A stretch of DNA of 64,000 nucleotides from Bacillota bacterium. GTDB taxonomy: Bacteria; Bacillota; Limnochordia; Darwinibacteriales; Darwinibacteriaceae. Below the pieces are notes generated by a model. The model saw only the letters and a list, made by a program, of their open reading frames with translations. It was not told the origin of the DNA and did not search any database. Location of the stretch: positions 4,051-68,050 of the forward strand of contig JAAYMM010000038.1 in assembly GCA_012521335.1 (NCBI GenBank), read 5' to 3'. The position numbers and the translations under genes were made by a program. Shown piece after piece: positions 48,338 through 58,728 of the stretch. The stretch's first letter is position 1. Each line of letters begins with the position of its first letter.

Positions 48338-49924
48338 ATGTCAGTAGGCAGAACAACCAGATTGCAGGCAGTTTTGGACCGCGAGACCACGCACTCTAAT
48401 CTATCCCCGCCGCAGCTGGTGGAAGCGGCGCTGCGGCGGGGGGAAGGCAGGCTGTCCTCCACGGGGGCTTTTTCCACCACCACAGGGAAGTACACGGGAC
48501 GTTCACCTAACGACAAGTTTATCGTGGAAGATGACCTGACCAGGGACACAGTGGCCTGGGGCAAGGTCAATGTTCCCTTCAGCGAAGAGAAGTTTTACAA
48601 GATCTACGATCAAGTGCTGGAGTATTTGGAGCAGCAGGATGAGCTCTTCGTCTTTGACGGCTATGTAGGTGCCGATCCGGATCACCGCATGCCGCTCAGG
48701 GTAATCAACCAGTATGCCTGGCAGAATCTCTTTGCCCGGCAGCTCTTTATCCGTCCCTCTCGGGAAGACCTGCGCAGCCATGAGCCTCAGTTCACAGTCA
48801 TCGGCGTGCCGGGCCTTAAGGCTGTTCCCGAAAGGGATGGCACCAACTCGGAAGCCTTCGTCATCGTCTCTTTCAAAGAACGGGTCGTGCTCATTGGCGG
48901 TACTGCCTATGCTGGGGAGATCAAGAAATCCATTTTCACTGTGATGAACTACCTGCTCCCAGCCAAAGGCGTTTTATCCATGCACTGCTCGGCCAATGTG
49001 GGTGCAGATGGGCGCACCGCCTTGTTCTTTGGACTGTCGGGCACGGGCAAGACCACCCTCTCCGCCGATCCCCAGCGCAGGCTGGTGGGCGATGATGAGC
49101 ATGGTTGGTCGGAAGCGGGTATCTTCAACTTGGAGGGCGGCTGCTATGCCAAGTGCATCAACTTGTCCCGGGAGCATGAGCCGCAGATCTGGGATGCCAT
49201 CCGCTTCGGAGCGGTGTTGGAAAACGTGGTGCTGGATCTCCAGGATCGCATTGCTGATTACACGGACGGTTCGTTGACCGAAAACACGAGGTGCGCATAT
49301 CCCCTGGATTACATTCCCGGCAGGGTGGACCCCAGCATGGCCGGCCATCCTACGGCAGTGGTGTTCCTCACCGCCGATGCTTTCGGGGTGCTCCCTCCCA
49401 TCAGCATCCTGGAAGATGAGCAGATCATGTACCATTTCATCTCAGGCTATACCAGTAAGCTGGCAGGCACCGAGCGCGGCATCAAGGAGCCGCAGGCCAC
49501 TTTTTCCGCCTGCTTTGGCGAGCCTTTCCTGCCCCTGAGCCCCTTGACCTATGCGGAGATGCTCAAGGACAGGGTGAACAAGCACGGTGCCAAGGTCTAC
49601 CTGATCAACACCGGCTGGTCCGGCGGGCCCTATGGTGTGGGCCAGCGCATTGCCCTCAAGTATACTAGGCGCATGGTGACAGCGGCTTTGTCCGGCGAGC
49701 TGGACAACGTTGAGGTGCGCCTCGACCCCGTTTTTGGTTTCAAAGTGCCTGTGAGCTGCCCGGATGTGCCCAGTGAGATTCTTGACCCCAAAAAGACCTG
49801 GGCCGATCCGCAGGCTTACGCTGCTAAGGCCCGTGAACTTGCTAAGGCATTCCAGGCCAACTTCGAGGCTAAGTACGCCGGCCTGGCTCCAGAAGTAAAG
49901 GCCGCCGGCCCCAAAGTCGACTAG
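48338..49924 (+). CDS. pckA: phosphoenolpyruvate carboxykinase (ATP)
   Basis: 528 aa; kinase-1a [19 protein letters not shown] specific motifs. Confidence 0.95.
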   Translation: MSVGRTTRLQAVLDRETTHSNLSPPQLVEAALRRGEGRLSSTGAFSTTTGKYTGRSPNDKFIVEDDLTRDTVAWGKVNVPFSEEKFYKIYDQVLEYLEQQDELFVFDGYVGADPDHRMPLRVINQYAWQNLFARQLFIRPSREDLRSHEPQFTVIGVPGLKAVPERDGTNSEAFVIVSFKERVVLIGGTAYAGEIKKSIFTVMNYLLPAKGVLSMHCSANVGADGRTALFFGLSGTGKTTLSADPQRRLVGDDEHGWSEAGIFNLEGGCYAKCINLSREHEPQIWDAIRFGAVLENVVLDLQDRIADYTDGSLTENTRCAYPLDYIPGRVDPSMAGHPTAVVFLTADAFGVLPPISILEDEQIMYHFISGYTSKLAGTERGIKEPQATFSACFGEPFLPLSPLTYAEMLKDRVNKHGAKVYLINTGWSGGPYGVGQRIALKYTRRMVTAALSGELDNVEVRLDPVFGFKVPVSCPDVPSEILDPKKTWADPQAYAAKARELAKAFQANFEAKYAGLAPEVKAAGPKVD

Positions 49925-49935
49925 ATTCCCTACAG

Positions 49936-49976
49936 CTGCAGAACAGCCCTGCGGGGTTGTTCTGCAGTTTTCTTTG
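49936..49976 (+). terminator. rho-independent terminator after pckA
   Basis: CTGCAGAACAGCCC-tgc-GGGGTTGTTCTGCAG then TTTTCTTT. Confidence 0.85.
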
Positions 49977-50156
49977 GCAGGAGAAAACCCCGGCTGCTCG
50001 AATTGTAAAACTTTATAGACTGACTCAAGGGAGGGGTTGCGTGGTTCGGCTCGAGTCCTTGAAGAAGACGCATCCAGGGCACCGGGTGGCGCCGCCAGTG
50101 AAGGCGGTGGACGGCATCAACCGCGGCCTGCTGGGCCACAATTGGGAGGGCAGGCT

Positions 50157-50606
50157 TTGTTTAAGGTCATAGTGGATGCCGATGCTTGCCCGCGGACGTG
50201 CCTGCAGGTGATGCAGAAACACAGTGAACGCTTGGGGTTCCGGCTGCTCACCGTCGCTTCCATTGACCACCACATCGAAAATGCCGATCACATTGTGGTG
50301 GGCAGGGGGCGTGATGCCGCGGACTTCGCCGTGATCAACAATACGGCAGCGGGGGATATTGTGGTAACGCAGGATTGGGGCTTGGCCGCGCTGGCCTTAG
50401 GGAAAGGAGCCTTTGCCCTTGCCCCTTCTGGGCGCATCTACTGCGAACAGAGTATGGATTTTCTTCTGAATGAACGTTTTTGGAAAGCCAAACACCGGAG
50501 GGCCGGCGGGCGCAGCAAAGGGCCGCGGGCCCGTACCGCTGAAGACGACAGCAGATTGGAGCAGAGCTTTCTGCGCCTGCTGGCCTTAGCGGGCAGTGCC
50601 CGCTGA
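50157..50606 (+). CDS. UPF0178/YaiI (DUF188) family protein
   Basis: N-terminal VIVDADACP motif characteristic of YaiI; TTG start with GGGAGGG RBS (start uncertain). Confidence 0.65.
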   Translation: MFKVIVDADACPRTCLQVMQKHSERLGFRLLTVASIDHHIENADHIVVGRGRDAADFAVINNTAAGDIVVTQDWGLAALALGKGAFALAPSGRIYCEQSMDFLLNERFWKAKHRRAGGRSKGPRARTAEDDSRLEQSFLRLLALAGSAR

Positions 50607-50633
50607 GGATGCTAGAACAAAAGGAGGGTTTTT

Positions 50634-51593
50634 GTGTCGGAACACCGTTTTGCCGTCTTGATAGATGGCGAGAACATCTCACCGCGGTTTCTAGGGCCCA
50701 TTCTGGCCGAGATAAACCGCTCCGGCGAGATCATCTTAACCAGGGTCTATGGAGATTGGACCCAACCGCACATGGGAGGGTGGAAGGAGCTGCTCCAGAG
50801 CTATCCCGTGCGTCCCGTCCAGCAGTTCCGTTACGGGGAGAATGCCACCGATGGGGCGCTGATTATGGACGCTATCGAGATTGTCTCCACCAACCGCAAT
50901 CCTGTCAATGCATTCTGCATTGTATCCAGCGATAGCGATTATTACAGCTTAGCCCTGCGCCTGAGGGAGCATGGTATGTATGTATGCGGGATCGGACGCC
51001 AAGGGACTAAGAACATTTTAGTGCGCTCCTGCAACCGCTTTATTTATCTGGAAAACTTAGGGTTTTCCAGCAGTTCCACGGTGGAAGAAGAGACCAAGAC
51101 TTCACCTGGAGCGCTGCCTGTAGAGGATATTGTCCGTCGCGCCTATGAGGCCAGCGACGAGGACAGCGATGGCTGGCTGCTCCTGGCTGACCTGGGACAA
51201 GCCATTCGCCGTGAGTTCACTGATTTTGATCCCCGCAGCTACAATTACACCAATCTGCTGGATATCCTGCGCTCTTACCCGGATCTTTTTGAGGTGCGGA
51301 GTAACAACAAGACACCCCCAGTGTATTGGATGCGGGTTAAGCCCACGGCTTCCGCACCGCACAAGCTGCGGGGTGTGATCAAGCGCTACATGGGTAACTA
51401 TGGGTTTATCCGCGCCGAAAAGGGGGACTACTTCTTCACCAAAGCGAACTTGGCTGCAGATCAGAGGGATAAGCACCTTAAGTCGGGCACTCCTGTGGAG
51501 TTTATCGAGATTAAGGCTCCTGACCCCAGCGGAGAGAGTTCCTTGGAGAAGAACGGGCGGGCACGTAATGTGACTGTTATTCACGAAAAATAG
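50634..51593 (+). CDS. NYN (LabA-like) nuclease-domain protein with OST-HTH/LOTUS and C-terminal cold-shock-like domains
   Basis: FAVLIDGENI...CIVSSDSDYYSLALRLREHG (NYN), GWLLLADLGQAIRREF...LFEV (LOTUS-like), GFIRAEKGDYFFTK...VEF (cold-shock-domain-like); GGAGGG RBS. Confidence 0.75.
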   Translation: MSEHRFAVLIDGENISPRFLGPILAEINRSGEIILTRVYGDWTQPHMGGWKELLQSYPVRPVQQFRYGENATDGALIMDAIEIVSTNRNPVNAFCIVSSDSDYYSLALRLREHGMYVCGIGRQGTKNILVRSCNRFIYLENLGFSSSSTVEEETKTSPGALPVEDIVRRAYEASDEDSDGWLLLADLGQAIRREFTDFDPRSYNYTNLLDILRSYPDLFEVRSNNKTPPVYWMRVKPTASAPHKLRGVIKRYMGNYGFIRAEKGDYFFTKANLAADQRDKHLKSGTPVEFIEIKAPDPSGESSLEKNGRARNVTVIHEK

Positions 51594-51611
51594 GCCGCGG
51601 CGGCTCCCAGC

Positions 51612-52946
51612 TTAGAGCCCATTGCTCCTCAAGCATTTCAGCTGTTCTGCCGCGAGGCGCACGAGGGTTTCCCGCTGGTTGAGTTCAGGGTCCTCCCAAA
51701 CTTGTTCCAGGAGGTAGTGCAGAAGCTGGCCCACCAGGGGGCCCGGTTGCAGGTCCAGTTCCTGCATCAACTGGCGGCCATCTATGCGCAGATCCTTGAG
51801 GGATAGGGCACTGTCTTGAGTCAAGATGTCGTTGAGGCGGGCTTCCATCGCCTGACCGTAAGCCAGGATTTGGCGGGGAGATGCGTTCATCCCCGCCATG
51901 TCTGCTTGGCGGAGTTTGATTAAGTCGCGGGTGGCCTCCACGCCCACTCGGCCCAAGAATCGGCGCCACGCTCTGTCAGACGAGTGGGGATGCAGGTCAA
52001 ACATGTGGTGGGTAATCAGCGCCGAAACTTTGGCGATCAGTTCTGTGCTGGCCCGTAGACGGCGGAGCAGCTGTTCTGCCAGGGATGCTCCGAGTTCAGC
52101 GTGGTCCCGTCCCAGGCTGCGCTGTTTGCCCACGTCGTGTAGGAGGGCAGCCCAGCGCAGATGCAATAAAGGATGGGCGAAGTGCGCGGCTGTGCAGGCA
52201 TGGGTCAGAAGATCGTAGGGATGGTGCTCGCCAGCGCACAGGCCGCAACAGGCAGCTAGTTCTGGCAGCACCACTTCCATCAATGTGCTAGCAGCGAATG
52301 TTTCCAGGGCAGAGAGGAGTTCTCTGCCCATCAGCATTTTATTTAGCTCGGCGAGCATGCGCTCCGGGCTGACCTTGGCGATAAGGCCCGCTAAGGACGG
52401 CAGCACCCTTTCTGTATCCTTGTGGACTTTGAACCCTAAAGTGGACTGGAAGCGAATCAGGCGCAGCATGCGCAGGGGATCTTCTCGAAAACGTGCTGAC
52501 GGATCCCCCACTGTGGCCAGGATCTTTCTTTTTAGGTGCTTCCGCCCCTGGAAGGGATCGATGATGCGCTTGGCCAGGGGGTCATATCCTAGGGCGTTGA
52601 TCGTAAAGTCCCTCCGGGCCAGATCCAGCTCCAGCTGATCCGTGAAGATAATGTAGTCCGGGCGCCGCTGGTCGCTGTAAGGTCCGTCACTGCGCATGGT
52701 GGTCACTTCGATGGGCGTGTCATGCACAAAAACGGTCACGGTGCCGAACCGCTTGCCGGTGGGCAACGACCTGGTAAAGACTGCCTCCACCTGTTCAGGC
52801 ACGGCATCAGTGGCGATATCCCAATCGGTAGGAACCAGTCCGAGGAGGCTGTCCCGAATGGCTCCTCCTACCAGATAGGCCTGGAAGCCTTGTGCTCTGA
52901 GAACCGCGCAGGCCTGCTCAACGGCGGGCGGCACCATGATAACCAT
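51612..52946 (-). CDS. cca: CCA tRNA nucleotidyltransferase with HD domain
   Basis: LVGGAIRD...DWDIATDA polymerase-beta-type head, RRDFTINA, C-terminal HD (HDVGK); start at ATG 52946 with AAGGAGG RBS. Confidence 0.9.
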   Translation of the reverse strand: MVIMVPPAVEQACAVLRAQGFQAYLVGGAIRDSLLGLVPTDWDIATDAVPEQVEAVFTRSLPTGKRFGTVTVFVHDTPIEVTTMRSDGPYSDQRRPDYIIFTDQLELDLARRDFTINALGYDPLAKRIIDPFQGRKHLKRKILATVGDPSARFREDPLRMLRLIRFQSTLGFKVHKDTERVLPSLAGLIAKVSPERMLAELNKMLMGRELLSALETFAASTLMEVVLPELAACCGLCAGEHHPYDLLTHACTAAHFAHPLLHLRWAALLHDVGKQRSLGRDHAELGASLAEQLLRRLRASTELIAKVSALITHHMFDLHPHSSDRAWRRFLGRVGVEATRDLIKLRQADMAGMNASPRQILAYGQAMEARLNDILTQDSALSLKDLRIDGRQLMQELDLQPGPLVGQLLHYLLEQVWEDPELNQRETLVRLAAEQLKCLRSNGL

Positions 52947-53067
52947 ACTCATTCCTCCTTCAGCCCCCTTCACTTCTGCATTTCCTGCTCTTTCTCCTCT
53001 TTGGCGCAGGAATGGCGTGCCCGATATGGAATGTAATAGTCACTACAGCTGATTAGGTGGTGGATCG

Positions 53068-53790
53068 GTGCAGCATGATCTGTTTCTGGAGTTCGGCCCC
53101 TTGGTCCCGGCCTATTTCCTAGCCAGGCCCAACCGTTTTCTGGTCCACTGCCAGCTCGAGCAGTCCGGGGAGCTGGTGGAGGCGCACCTAGCCGATCCAG
53201 GGAGGTTGAAAGAACTGCTGCTCCCGGGCGCGCTGCTCTATCTGCGCAGGAGCACTAACCCCAAGCGCCGGACCAAGTGGTCTGTCATGCTTATACAGGC
53301 GCCGGGGCCGGTCTTAGTTTCCCTGCAGTCTACGCTCGTTAACCAACTGGCGGCCCGGGCTCTGGCACAGAAAGCCATTCCTGCCCTGGCCCCGTGGGAT
53401 TTGGTGCGTGCGGAATATGCTTACGGGGGTTCCCGTTTTGACTTTCTGCTGGAAAACGGTCGCGGAGAACGCCTCCTCCTGGAAGTGAAGAGCTGCACCT
53501 TGGTGCAGGATGGGACAGCTATGTTTCCCGATGCGGTAACGGCGCGGGGAGCGAAACACGTGCTGAAGCTGGCCGAACTGCAAAAGGAGGGCGCTTTCCG
53601 CGGCGGTGTTCTTTTTGTAGTTCAGCGCTCGGATGCGGTCGTTTTTCGGCCCGCCTCTCACATTGATCCTAAGTTCGCCCAGGCTTTGAGCGCTGCCCAC
53701 AGGGCAGGAGTTTACGTGGCTGCGTATAACTCCAGGGTAGAGGAGAGGTGTATCACTTGGGGGCAGGAGCTCCCGGTTCAGCTTGTGTAG
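53068..53790 (+). CDS. sfsA: sugar fermentation stimulation protein SfsA
   Basis: 240 aa, RPNRFLV N-terminal motif typical of SfsA. Confidence 0.85.
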   Translation: MQHDLFLEFGPLVPAYFLARPNRFLVHCQLEQSGELVEAHLADPGRLKELLLPGALLYLRRSTNPKRRTKWSVMLIQAPGPVLVSLQSTLVNQLAARALAQKAIPALAPWDLVRAEYAYGGSRFDFLLENGRGERLLLEVKSCTLVQDGTAMFPDAVTARGAKHVLKLAELQKEGAFRGGVLFVVQRSDAVVFRPASHIDPKFAQALSAAHRAGVYVAAYNSRVEERCITWGQELPVQLV

Positions 53791-53802
53791 GAGGTGGGTT
53801 GT

Positions 53803-54786
53803 ATGGTGGCGGAGCTGGTGACCAAGACGCACATTGCCGTGATCTGGGATTTTGACAAGACGCTCATCCCCGGGTATATGCAGGAGCCCCTCTTCAGGCA
53901 CTTCAACGTGGACGGGCGCAAGTTTTGGCGCGAAGTCAACTCCCTGCCCAAGTATTTGCGCCGGGAAGGCAACGAGATGGTGGCCGAAGACAGTATCTAC
54001 CTCAATCATATCCTATCCTATGTGCGCGCCGGCGTTTTTAAGGGCCTCAACAACAAACTGCTCCGTAAGCTCGGCAGCGAACTGGAGTTTTACCCGGGGC
54101 TGCCCGAGTTCTTCCTGGCGGTAAAGGACTTCGTGGCGAACGATCCTGTTTATCGTAAATATGATATCAAAGTGGAACACTATATTGTCAGCACCGGCCT
54201 GCGCCAGATGATCCTGGGCAGCAAGATTGCCGAGTATGTGGACGGCATCTGGGCCTGCGAGTTTGTGGAAATGCGCCTGCCTCCGGGCTATCTTCAGGAA
54301 GGGGTGCCTGCTCTGCGGGAGGAAGAGATTGTCCTGCAGGATATCGGCTACGTGATTGACAATACCACCAAGACCCGGGCCATTTTTGAGATCAACAAGG
54401 GCGTAAATAAGCTGGAAGGTATCGACGTGAACAGTTATATCCCCAGATCCGAGCGGCGCATCCCCTTCCAGAACATGATCTACATTGCCGACGGGCCCAG
54501 CGATGTGCCGGTTTTTTCCCTGATCAACCAAAACGGGGGCAGGACCTATGGGGTGTACGGCAAGGGTGCCCGAGAAGAGTTCGCCCAGGTGAACAAGCTC
54601 ATGCAGCAGCGGCGCATCCACGCTTTTGGGGAGGCAAACTACGAACCCGATACGCAGACCTACATGTGGATCATGAACGCGGTCAAAGAAATTGCCGATA
54701 CCATAGTGCGCAATACAGAATTCGTGCTGTCAAGCAGGGCGGGCGAATCGCCGCGGCACTTGGATGGACAGGAGGATCTGCAGTGA
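53803..54786 (+). CDS. HAD superfamily hydrolase (subfamily IB-like phosphatase)
   Basis: HAD motif I DFDKT, motif IV IADGPSDV; ATG 53803 with GGAGGTG RBS. Confidence 0.7.
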   Translation: MVAELVTKTHIAVIWDFDKTLIPGYMQEPLFRHFNVDGRKFWREVNSLPKYLRREGNEMVAEDSIYLNHILSYVRAGVFKGLNNKLLRKLGSELEFYPGLPEFFLAVKDFVANDPVYRKYDIKVEHYIVSTGLRQMILGSKIAEYVDGIWACEFVEMRLPPGYLQEGVPALREEEIVLQDIGYVIDNTTKTRAIFEINKGVNKLEGIDVNSYIPRSERRIPFQNMIYIADGPSDVPVFSLINQNGGRTYGVYGKGAREEFAQVNKLMQQRRIHAFGEANYEPDTQTYMWIMNAVKEIADTIVRNTEFVLSSRAGESPRHLDGQEDLQ

Positions 54787-55715
54787 AAGAACTGCTGGAG
54801 AAGTGGGGTCAGAAATTTAGAGAGGCGGAAATCGCGTCTTTTGAGGACGGGGTGTGGCGCGTCCAGCTGGCTGACGAGGTCTACATCCTCAAGCACAGGG
54901 CGACGCGCAGCCGGGTGTGGGAAGAGTGCAACCTGCTCAACTGGCTGACAGCTCAGGGACAGCCCATCTCGCCGCTGCTCTTCACTGTGGACGGAACGCC
55001 TTGGGCCGAATACCAACTGGGCATCTATGTGCTCTACCGCTTTGTGGAAGGAACTCCAGGGGACAAATTGGGGGCCTACACCAGTGCCTTTGCCCGGGAA
55101 GCCGCCTCAACCCTGGCTCGCCTGCATTTGAGCTTGGCGGAGTATGAGGCAGGAGAGACCTTTCCCGTCTTCGACTTGTTCCAGGAGGCGGCCAGTTTTG
55201 CCTGGCCGTTGGTGCAGTCCCACGCGGCCATGAAGTTCGGCCACGGCCTGCATGATCTGGAAGAGACCATCGGAGGGGAACTGGTCAACCCCTATGAAGC
55301 CCTGCCCCGGCAGCTGATCCACCGCGATTTCCATCCTGGAAACCTGATCTTCCGAGAAGGGAAAATCGCGGGTATTCTGGATTTCGACCGCGTGCGGCTG
55401 GGGGTCCGCTTGTTCGATCTCTGTTATCTGGCCACCGCCGTGCTCAGTGAAGGATTTGATGATCCCCGCCGCCGCCAGGAATGGCCGGGTTTCGTGCGCG
55501 AGCTGATCGCGGGTTACAATTCCGTGGCGCCTTTGACCAAGACGGAAGGGTTCGCTTTTGTCTACATCGTCTACTTGATTCAGCTGCTGTTTACCGCCCA
55601 CTACCTGGATCTGGGCCAAACCGTTCTGGCGGACAAAAACTTAGCCATGCTGCTGTGGGTCCATGACCAGCAGGACTTCCTCCAACCGGTCATCGAGAAA
55701 CTGGTGGCAGGCTAG
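54783..55715 (+). CDS. aminoglycoside-phosphotransferase-fold (APH/CotS/homoserine-kinase-II-like) kinase
   Basis: Brenner motif HRDFHPGNLIF and DFD (ILDFDRV); GTGA overlap with upstream gene. Confidence 0.7.
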   Translation: MKELLEKWGQKFREAEIASFEDGVWRVQLADEVYILKHRATRSRVWEECNLLNWLTAQGQPISPLLFTVDGTPWAEYQLGIYVLYRFVEGTPGDKLGAYTSAFAREAASTLARLHLSLAEYEAGETFPVFDLFQEAASFAWPLVQSHAAMKFGHGLHDLEETIGGELVNPYEALPRQLIHRDFHPGNLIFREGKIAGILDFDRVRLGVRLFDLCYLATAVLSEGFDDPRRRQEWPGFVRELIAGYNSVAPLTKTEGFAFVYIVYLIQLLFTAHYLDLGQTVLADKNLAMLLWVHDQQDFLQPVIEKLVAG

Positions 55716-55719
55716 ATAG

Positions 55720-56910
55720 GTGATGAACATGAACGATTACAGCGGACTGGCGCAGCTGCTTCACGAGTTCTTGCCCCGGGGCGACCTCTTGGCAGCAACG
55801 TTGAGCAAGCGGCGCAGCAAGTCCATTGCCTATGCAAAAGTAACCCTGCGGCCTTTGGAACTCAAAGGCCGCTTGCACTACCAAGCTGCCTATCATCACG
55901 CCGACAGAGTGCTGCACAAAAACCTCCTGCCAGAGGAGGCTGCGGCTCTGATTCTGGAACTGATGCGCGCTGAGTTCAGGCAGGCTCTGCTCTGCACTCC
56001 CCAGGCCGATTACCAGGTGCTGGTGAGCAAGAAGGGGGCAGAGAAAATCCTGCGCCAGCCCCCGTCGCGCAGCCCGGAAGATGTAGTCCTAGATCACGAT
56101 CGGCCTAAGCGCTACATACTCCAAGAAGGGACGGCCTATCCCTTCCTGGTGGAGCTGGGGGTGATGAACACCGCTGGGAAGGTTTTGACCAAGCGCTATC
56201 ACAAGTTCCGGCAGCTGAACAAGTACCTGGAGATTGTGGAGGACTGCCTGCCCTACCTGTCTAGGGACCAGGACAGGCCCATCAGGGTGGTGGATTTTGG
56301 CAGCGGCAAGGCCTACCTCACCTTCGCCCTCTACCACTATCTAGTGGAACACCTTGAGCTGCCCGCGCGCATTGTAGGTCTGGATCTGAAAGCAGATGTG
56401 GTGCAGTTCTGCAACGAGACAGCGCGCAGGCTGGGCTATGAGAACCTGGAGTTTTTGTGCACAGATATCCGGGATTACCAGACCGCAGAACCCGTTGATC
56501 TGGTGGTGTCCCTGCACGCCTGCGATACAGCCACCGATTTTGCCCTTGCTCAAGCGGTGCGCTGGGGAGCTAAGGTGATTTTGGCTGTGCCCTGCTGTCA
56601 GCATGAGGTCTTCAGCCAGCTGTCGGAAGAGACTCACCCGGTGCTCTTGGAACACGGCATTATGAAAGAGCGGGTCGCGGCCCTGCTCACCGACGCTGCC
56701 CGTGGTAAGCTGCTGCAGGCGCAGGGGTATGCCGTGCAGATCATGGAGTTTATCGACCTGGAGCACACGCCCAAAAACCTGCTCATTAGAGCTTTCCGAG
56801 ATGAAAGGGTGGACCGGGTCAGGGCTTGGGAAGCGTACAGGGCCTTCAAGGAACACTGGCGCTTCAAGACGACGCTGGAAGGTCTGTTCACCGAAGCGGA
56901 GGGGCAGTGA
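55720..56910 (+). CDS. class I SAM-dependent methyltransferase (Methyltransf_32-like)
   Basis: VVDFGSGKAYLTFAL motif I, SLHACDTATD, AVPCCQH; 4 nt after upstream stop. Confidence 0.7.
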   Translation: MMNMNDYSGLAQLLHEFLPRGDLLAATLSKRRSKSIAYAKVTLRPLELKGRLHYQAAYHHADRVLHKNLLPEEAAALILELMRAEFRQALLCTPQADYQVLVSKKGAEKILRQPPSRSPEDVVLDHDRPKRYILQEGTAYPFLVELGVMNTAGKVLTKRYHKFRQLNKYLEIVEDCLPYLSRDQDRPIRVVDFGSGKAYLTFALYHYLVEHLELPARIVGLDLKADVVQFCNETARRLGYENLEFLCTDIRDYQTAEPVDLVVSLHACDTATDFALAQAVRWGAKVILAVPCCQHEVFSQLSEETHPVLLEHGIMKERVAALLTDAARGKLLQAQGYAVQIMEFIDLEHTPKNLLIRAFRDERVDRVRAWEAYRAFKEHWRFKTTLEGLFTEAEGQ

Positions 56911-56944
56911 GCAGGAGGGCCCCGCAGGCGGGAGCTTCCTGAAC

Positions 56945-56972
56945 TTGACAGCGGCTGTGGTTGTGTTAGAGT
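56945..56972 (+). promoter_or_regulatory. promoter for glnS
   Basis: TTGACA, 16-nt spacer, TGtTAGAGT. Confidence 0.45.
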
Positions 56973-57000
56973 GGAAAAGAGGAAAGCTGGAGGAGTGGAT

Positions 57001-58674
57001 ATGCCTATGGAGATCAACGCCAACACGCCGAGCAACTTTATCCGCAACATCATAGACGAGGATCTAGCTTCGGGCAGAGTCAAAGAGGTAGTCACCAGGT
57101 TCCCCCCTGAACCCAATGGCTACCTGCATATCGGGCATGCGAAGTCCATCTGCCTGAACTTTGGACTGGCCAGGGACTATGGCGGCCGCTGCCATCTGCG
57201 TTTTGATTATACCAACCCGGAGAAAGAAGAAGTAGAATACATCGAGAGCATCCAGGAAGATGTCCGCTGGCTGGGCTTTGACTGGGGTGAGCACCTCTAC
57301 TTCGCCTCGGACTATTTCGATCAGCTCTATGAGTTTGCAGTGGAGTTGATCAAGCAGGGGAAGGCCTATGTCTGCGAGCTCAGTGCAGATGAGATCCGCG
57401 AATATCGCGGTACACTGACCGAACCTGGGAAAGAGAGCCCCTACCGCAATCGTTCCGTAGAGGAGAATCTGGAGCTCTTCGAGCGCATGAAGAACGGAGA
57501 ATTTGCTGAGGGCAGTCATGTGCTTCGGGCCAAGATCGACATGGCTTCGCCGAATGTGGTCATGCGCGATCCTGTTCTTTACCGGATCAAGAAGGTGCCT
57601 CATCATCGCACAGGCGACAAATGGTGCATCTACCCCATGTACGACTTCACCCACTGCCTGTCCGATGCCATCGAGGGCATTACGCACTCCATCTGTACCC
57701 TGGAATTTGAAAACAACCGTCCGCTCTACGAGTGGATTCTGGAGCAGGTGTATCCCAAACCCCATCCGCAGCAGATCGAATTTGCCCGTTTGAACCTGAG
57801 CTACACAGTGATGAGCAAGCGCATACTGCTGCAGCTGGTGGAAAAGGGCATTGTGAGCGGCTGGGACGATCCCCGCATGCCCACCATCGCGGGGCTGCGC
57901 CGCCGCGGCTACACGCCGCAGGCCATTCGTGACTTCTGCGAGCGGATCGGTGTGGCTAAGGCCAACAGCATCGTGGATTACGCTTTGCTGGAGCACTGCG
58001 TACGCGAGGATTTAAATGAAACTGCTCCCCGCACAATGGCAGTGCTGCGGCCTTTGAAAGTGGTTATCGAAAACTACCCGGAAGGCCAGGTCGAATACCT
58101 GGAGGCCGCTAACCATCCCAATAATCCTGAGGCCGGTACGCGCCTTGTACCCTTTACCCGGGAGATCTACATCGAGCGGGACGACTTCATGCTCGATCCC
58201 CCTAAGAAGTTCTATCGGCTCGCTCCCGGCCGGGAAGTACGGCTGCGCTTTGCTTACTTCATCAAGTGCACCGATGTGATCTGCGACGACGAGGGCAATG
58301 TGGTAGAACTGCGCGCCGTGTATGATCCGGAGACCAAGGGTGGCTCGGCCCGCGATGGGCGTAAGGTCAAGGCGACCCTGCACTGGGTAGCGGCAGACCA
58401 TTCACTGCCCGCCGAGGTGCGGCTCTATGATCACTTGTTCGCCACAGAGGATCCCAACGAAGGCGATCTGGAAGAGAACCTCAATCCCAACTCTCTAGAG
58501 ATCGTCACTGACGCCAGGGTGGAACTGAACCTGAAGGATGTCAACCCTGGTGACAAGTTCCAGTTCGAGCGGCTTGGCTATTTCTGCGTGGATTTGGACT
58601 CTACGCCGGAACGTCTGGTCTTCAACCGCACCGTAGCTCTGAAAGATACCTGGGCCAAGCTGCAGGGCAAGTAA
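57001..58674 (+). CDS. glnS: glutamine--tRNA ligase
   Basis: [15 protein letters not shown]...[18 protein letters not shown] closely parallels the E. coli GlnRS N-terminus; KMSK-like VMSKR. Confidence 0.9.
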   Translation: MPMEINANTPSNFIRNIIDEDLASGRVKEVVTRFPPEPNGYLHIGHAKSICLNFGLARDYGGRCHLRFDYTNPEKEEVEYIESIQEDVRWLGFDWGEHLYFASDYFDQLYEFAVELIKQGKAYVCELSADEIREYRGTLTEPGKESPYRNRSVEENLELFERMKNGEFAEGSHVLRAKIDMASPNVVMRDPVLYRIKKVPHHRTGDKWCIYPMYDFTHCLSDAIEGITHSICTLEFENNRPLYEWILEQVYPKPHPQQIEFARLNLSYTVMSKRILLQLVEKGIVSGWDDPRMPTIAGLRRRGYTPQAIRDFCERIGVAKANSIVDYALLEHCVREDLNETAPRTMAVLRPLKVVIENYPEGQVEYLEAANHPNNPEAGTRLVPFTREIYIERDDFMLDPPKKFYRLAPGREVRLRFAYFIKCTDVICDDEGNVVELRAVYDPETKGGSARDGRKVKATLHWVAADHSLPAEVRLYDHLFATEDPNEGDLEENLNPNSLEIVTDARVELNLKDVNPGDKFQFERLGYFCVDLDSTPERLVFNRTVALKDTWAKLQGK

Positions 58675-58688
58675 CAAGGTAAAGCAAA

Positions 58689-58719
58689 GGGAACCGGGCC
58701 TCTGCCCCGGTTCCCTTTT
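58689..58719. terminator. bidirectional rho-independent terminator (glnS / luxS)
   Basis: GGGAACCGGG-cctctg-CCCGGTTCCC then TTTT. Confidence 0.85.
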
Positions 58720-58728
58720 CTGCGCTCG

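Noticed and set aside
49957-50172. 44-aa ORF (GTG 50041, GGGAGGGG ribosome-binding site) upstream of and overlapping the yaiI-like gene
   Set aside because: It has no recognisable features and overlaps the better-supported YaiI start region. It could be a leader peptide, but the evidence is insufficient to call it.
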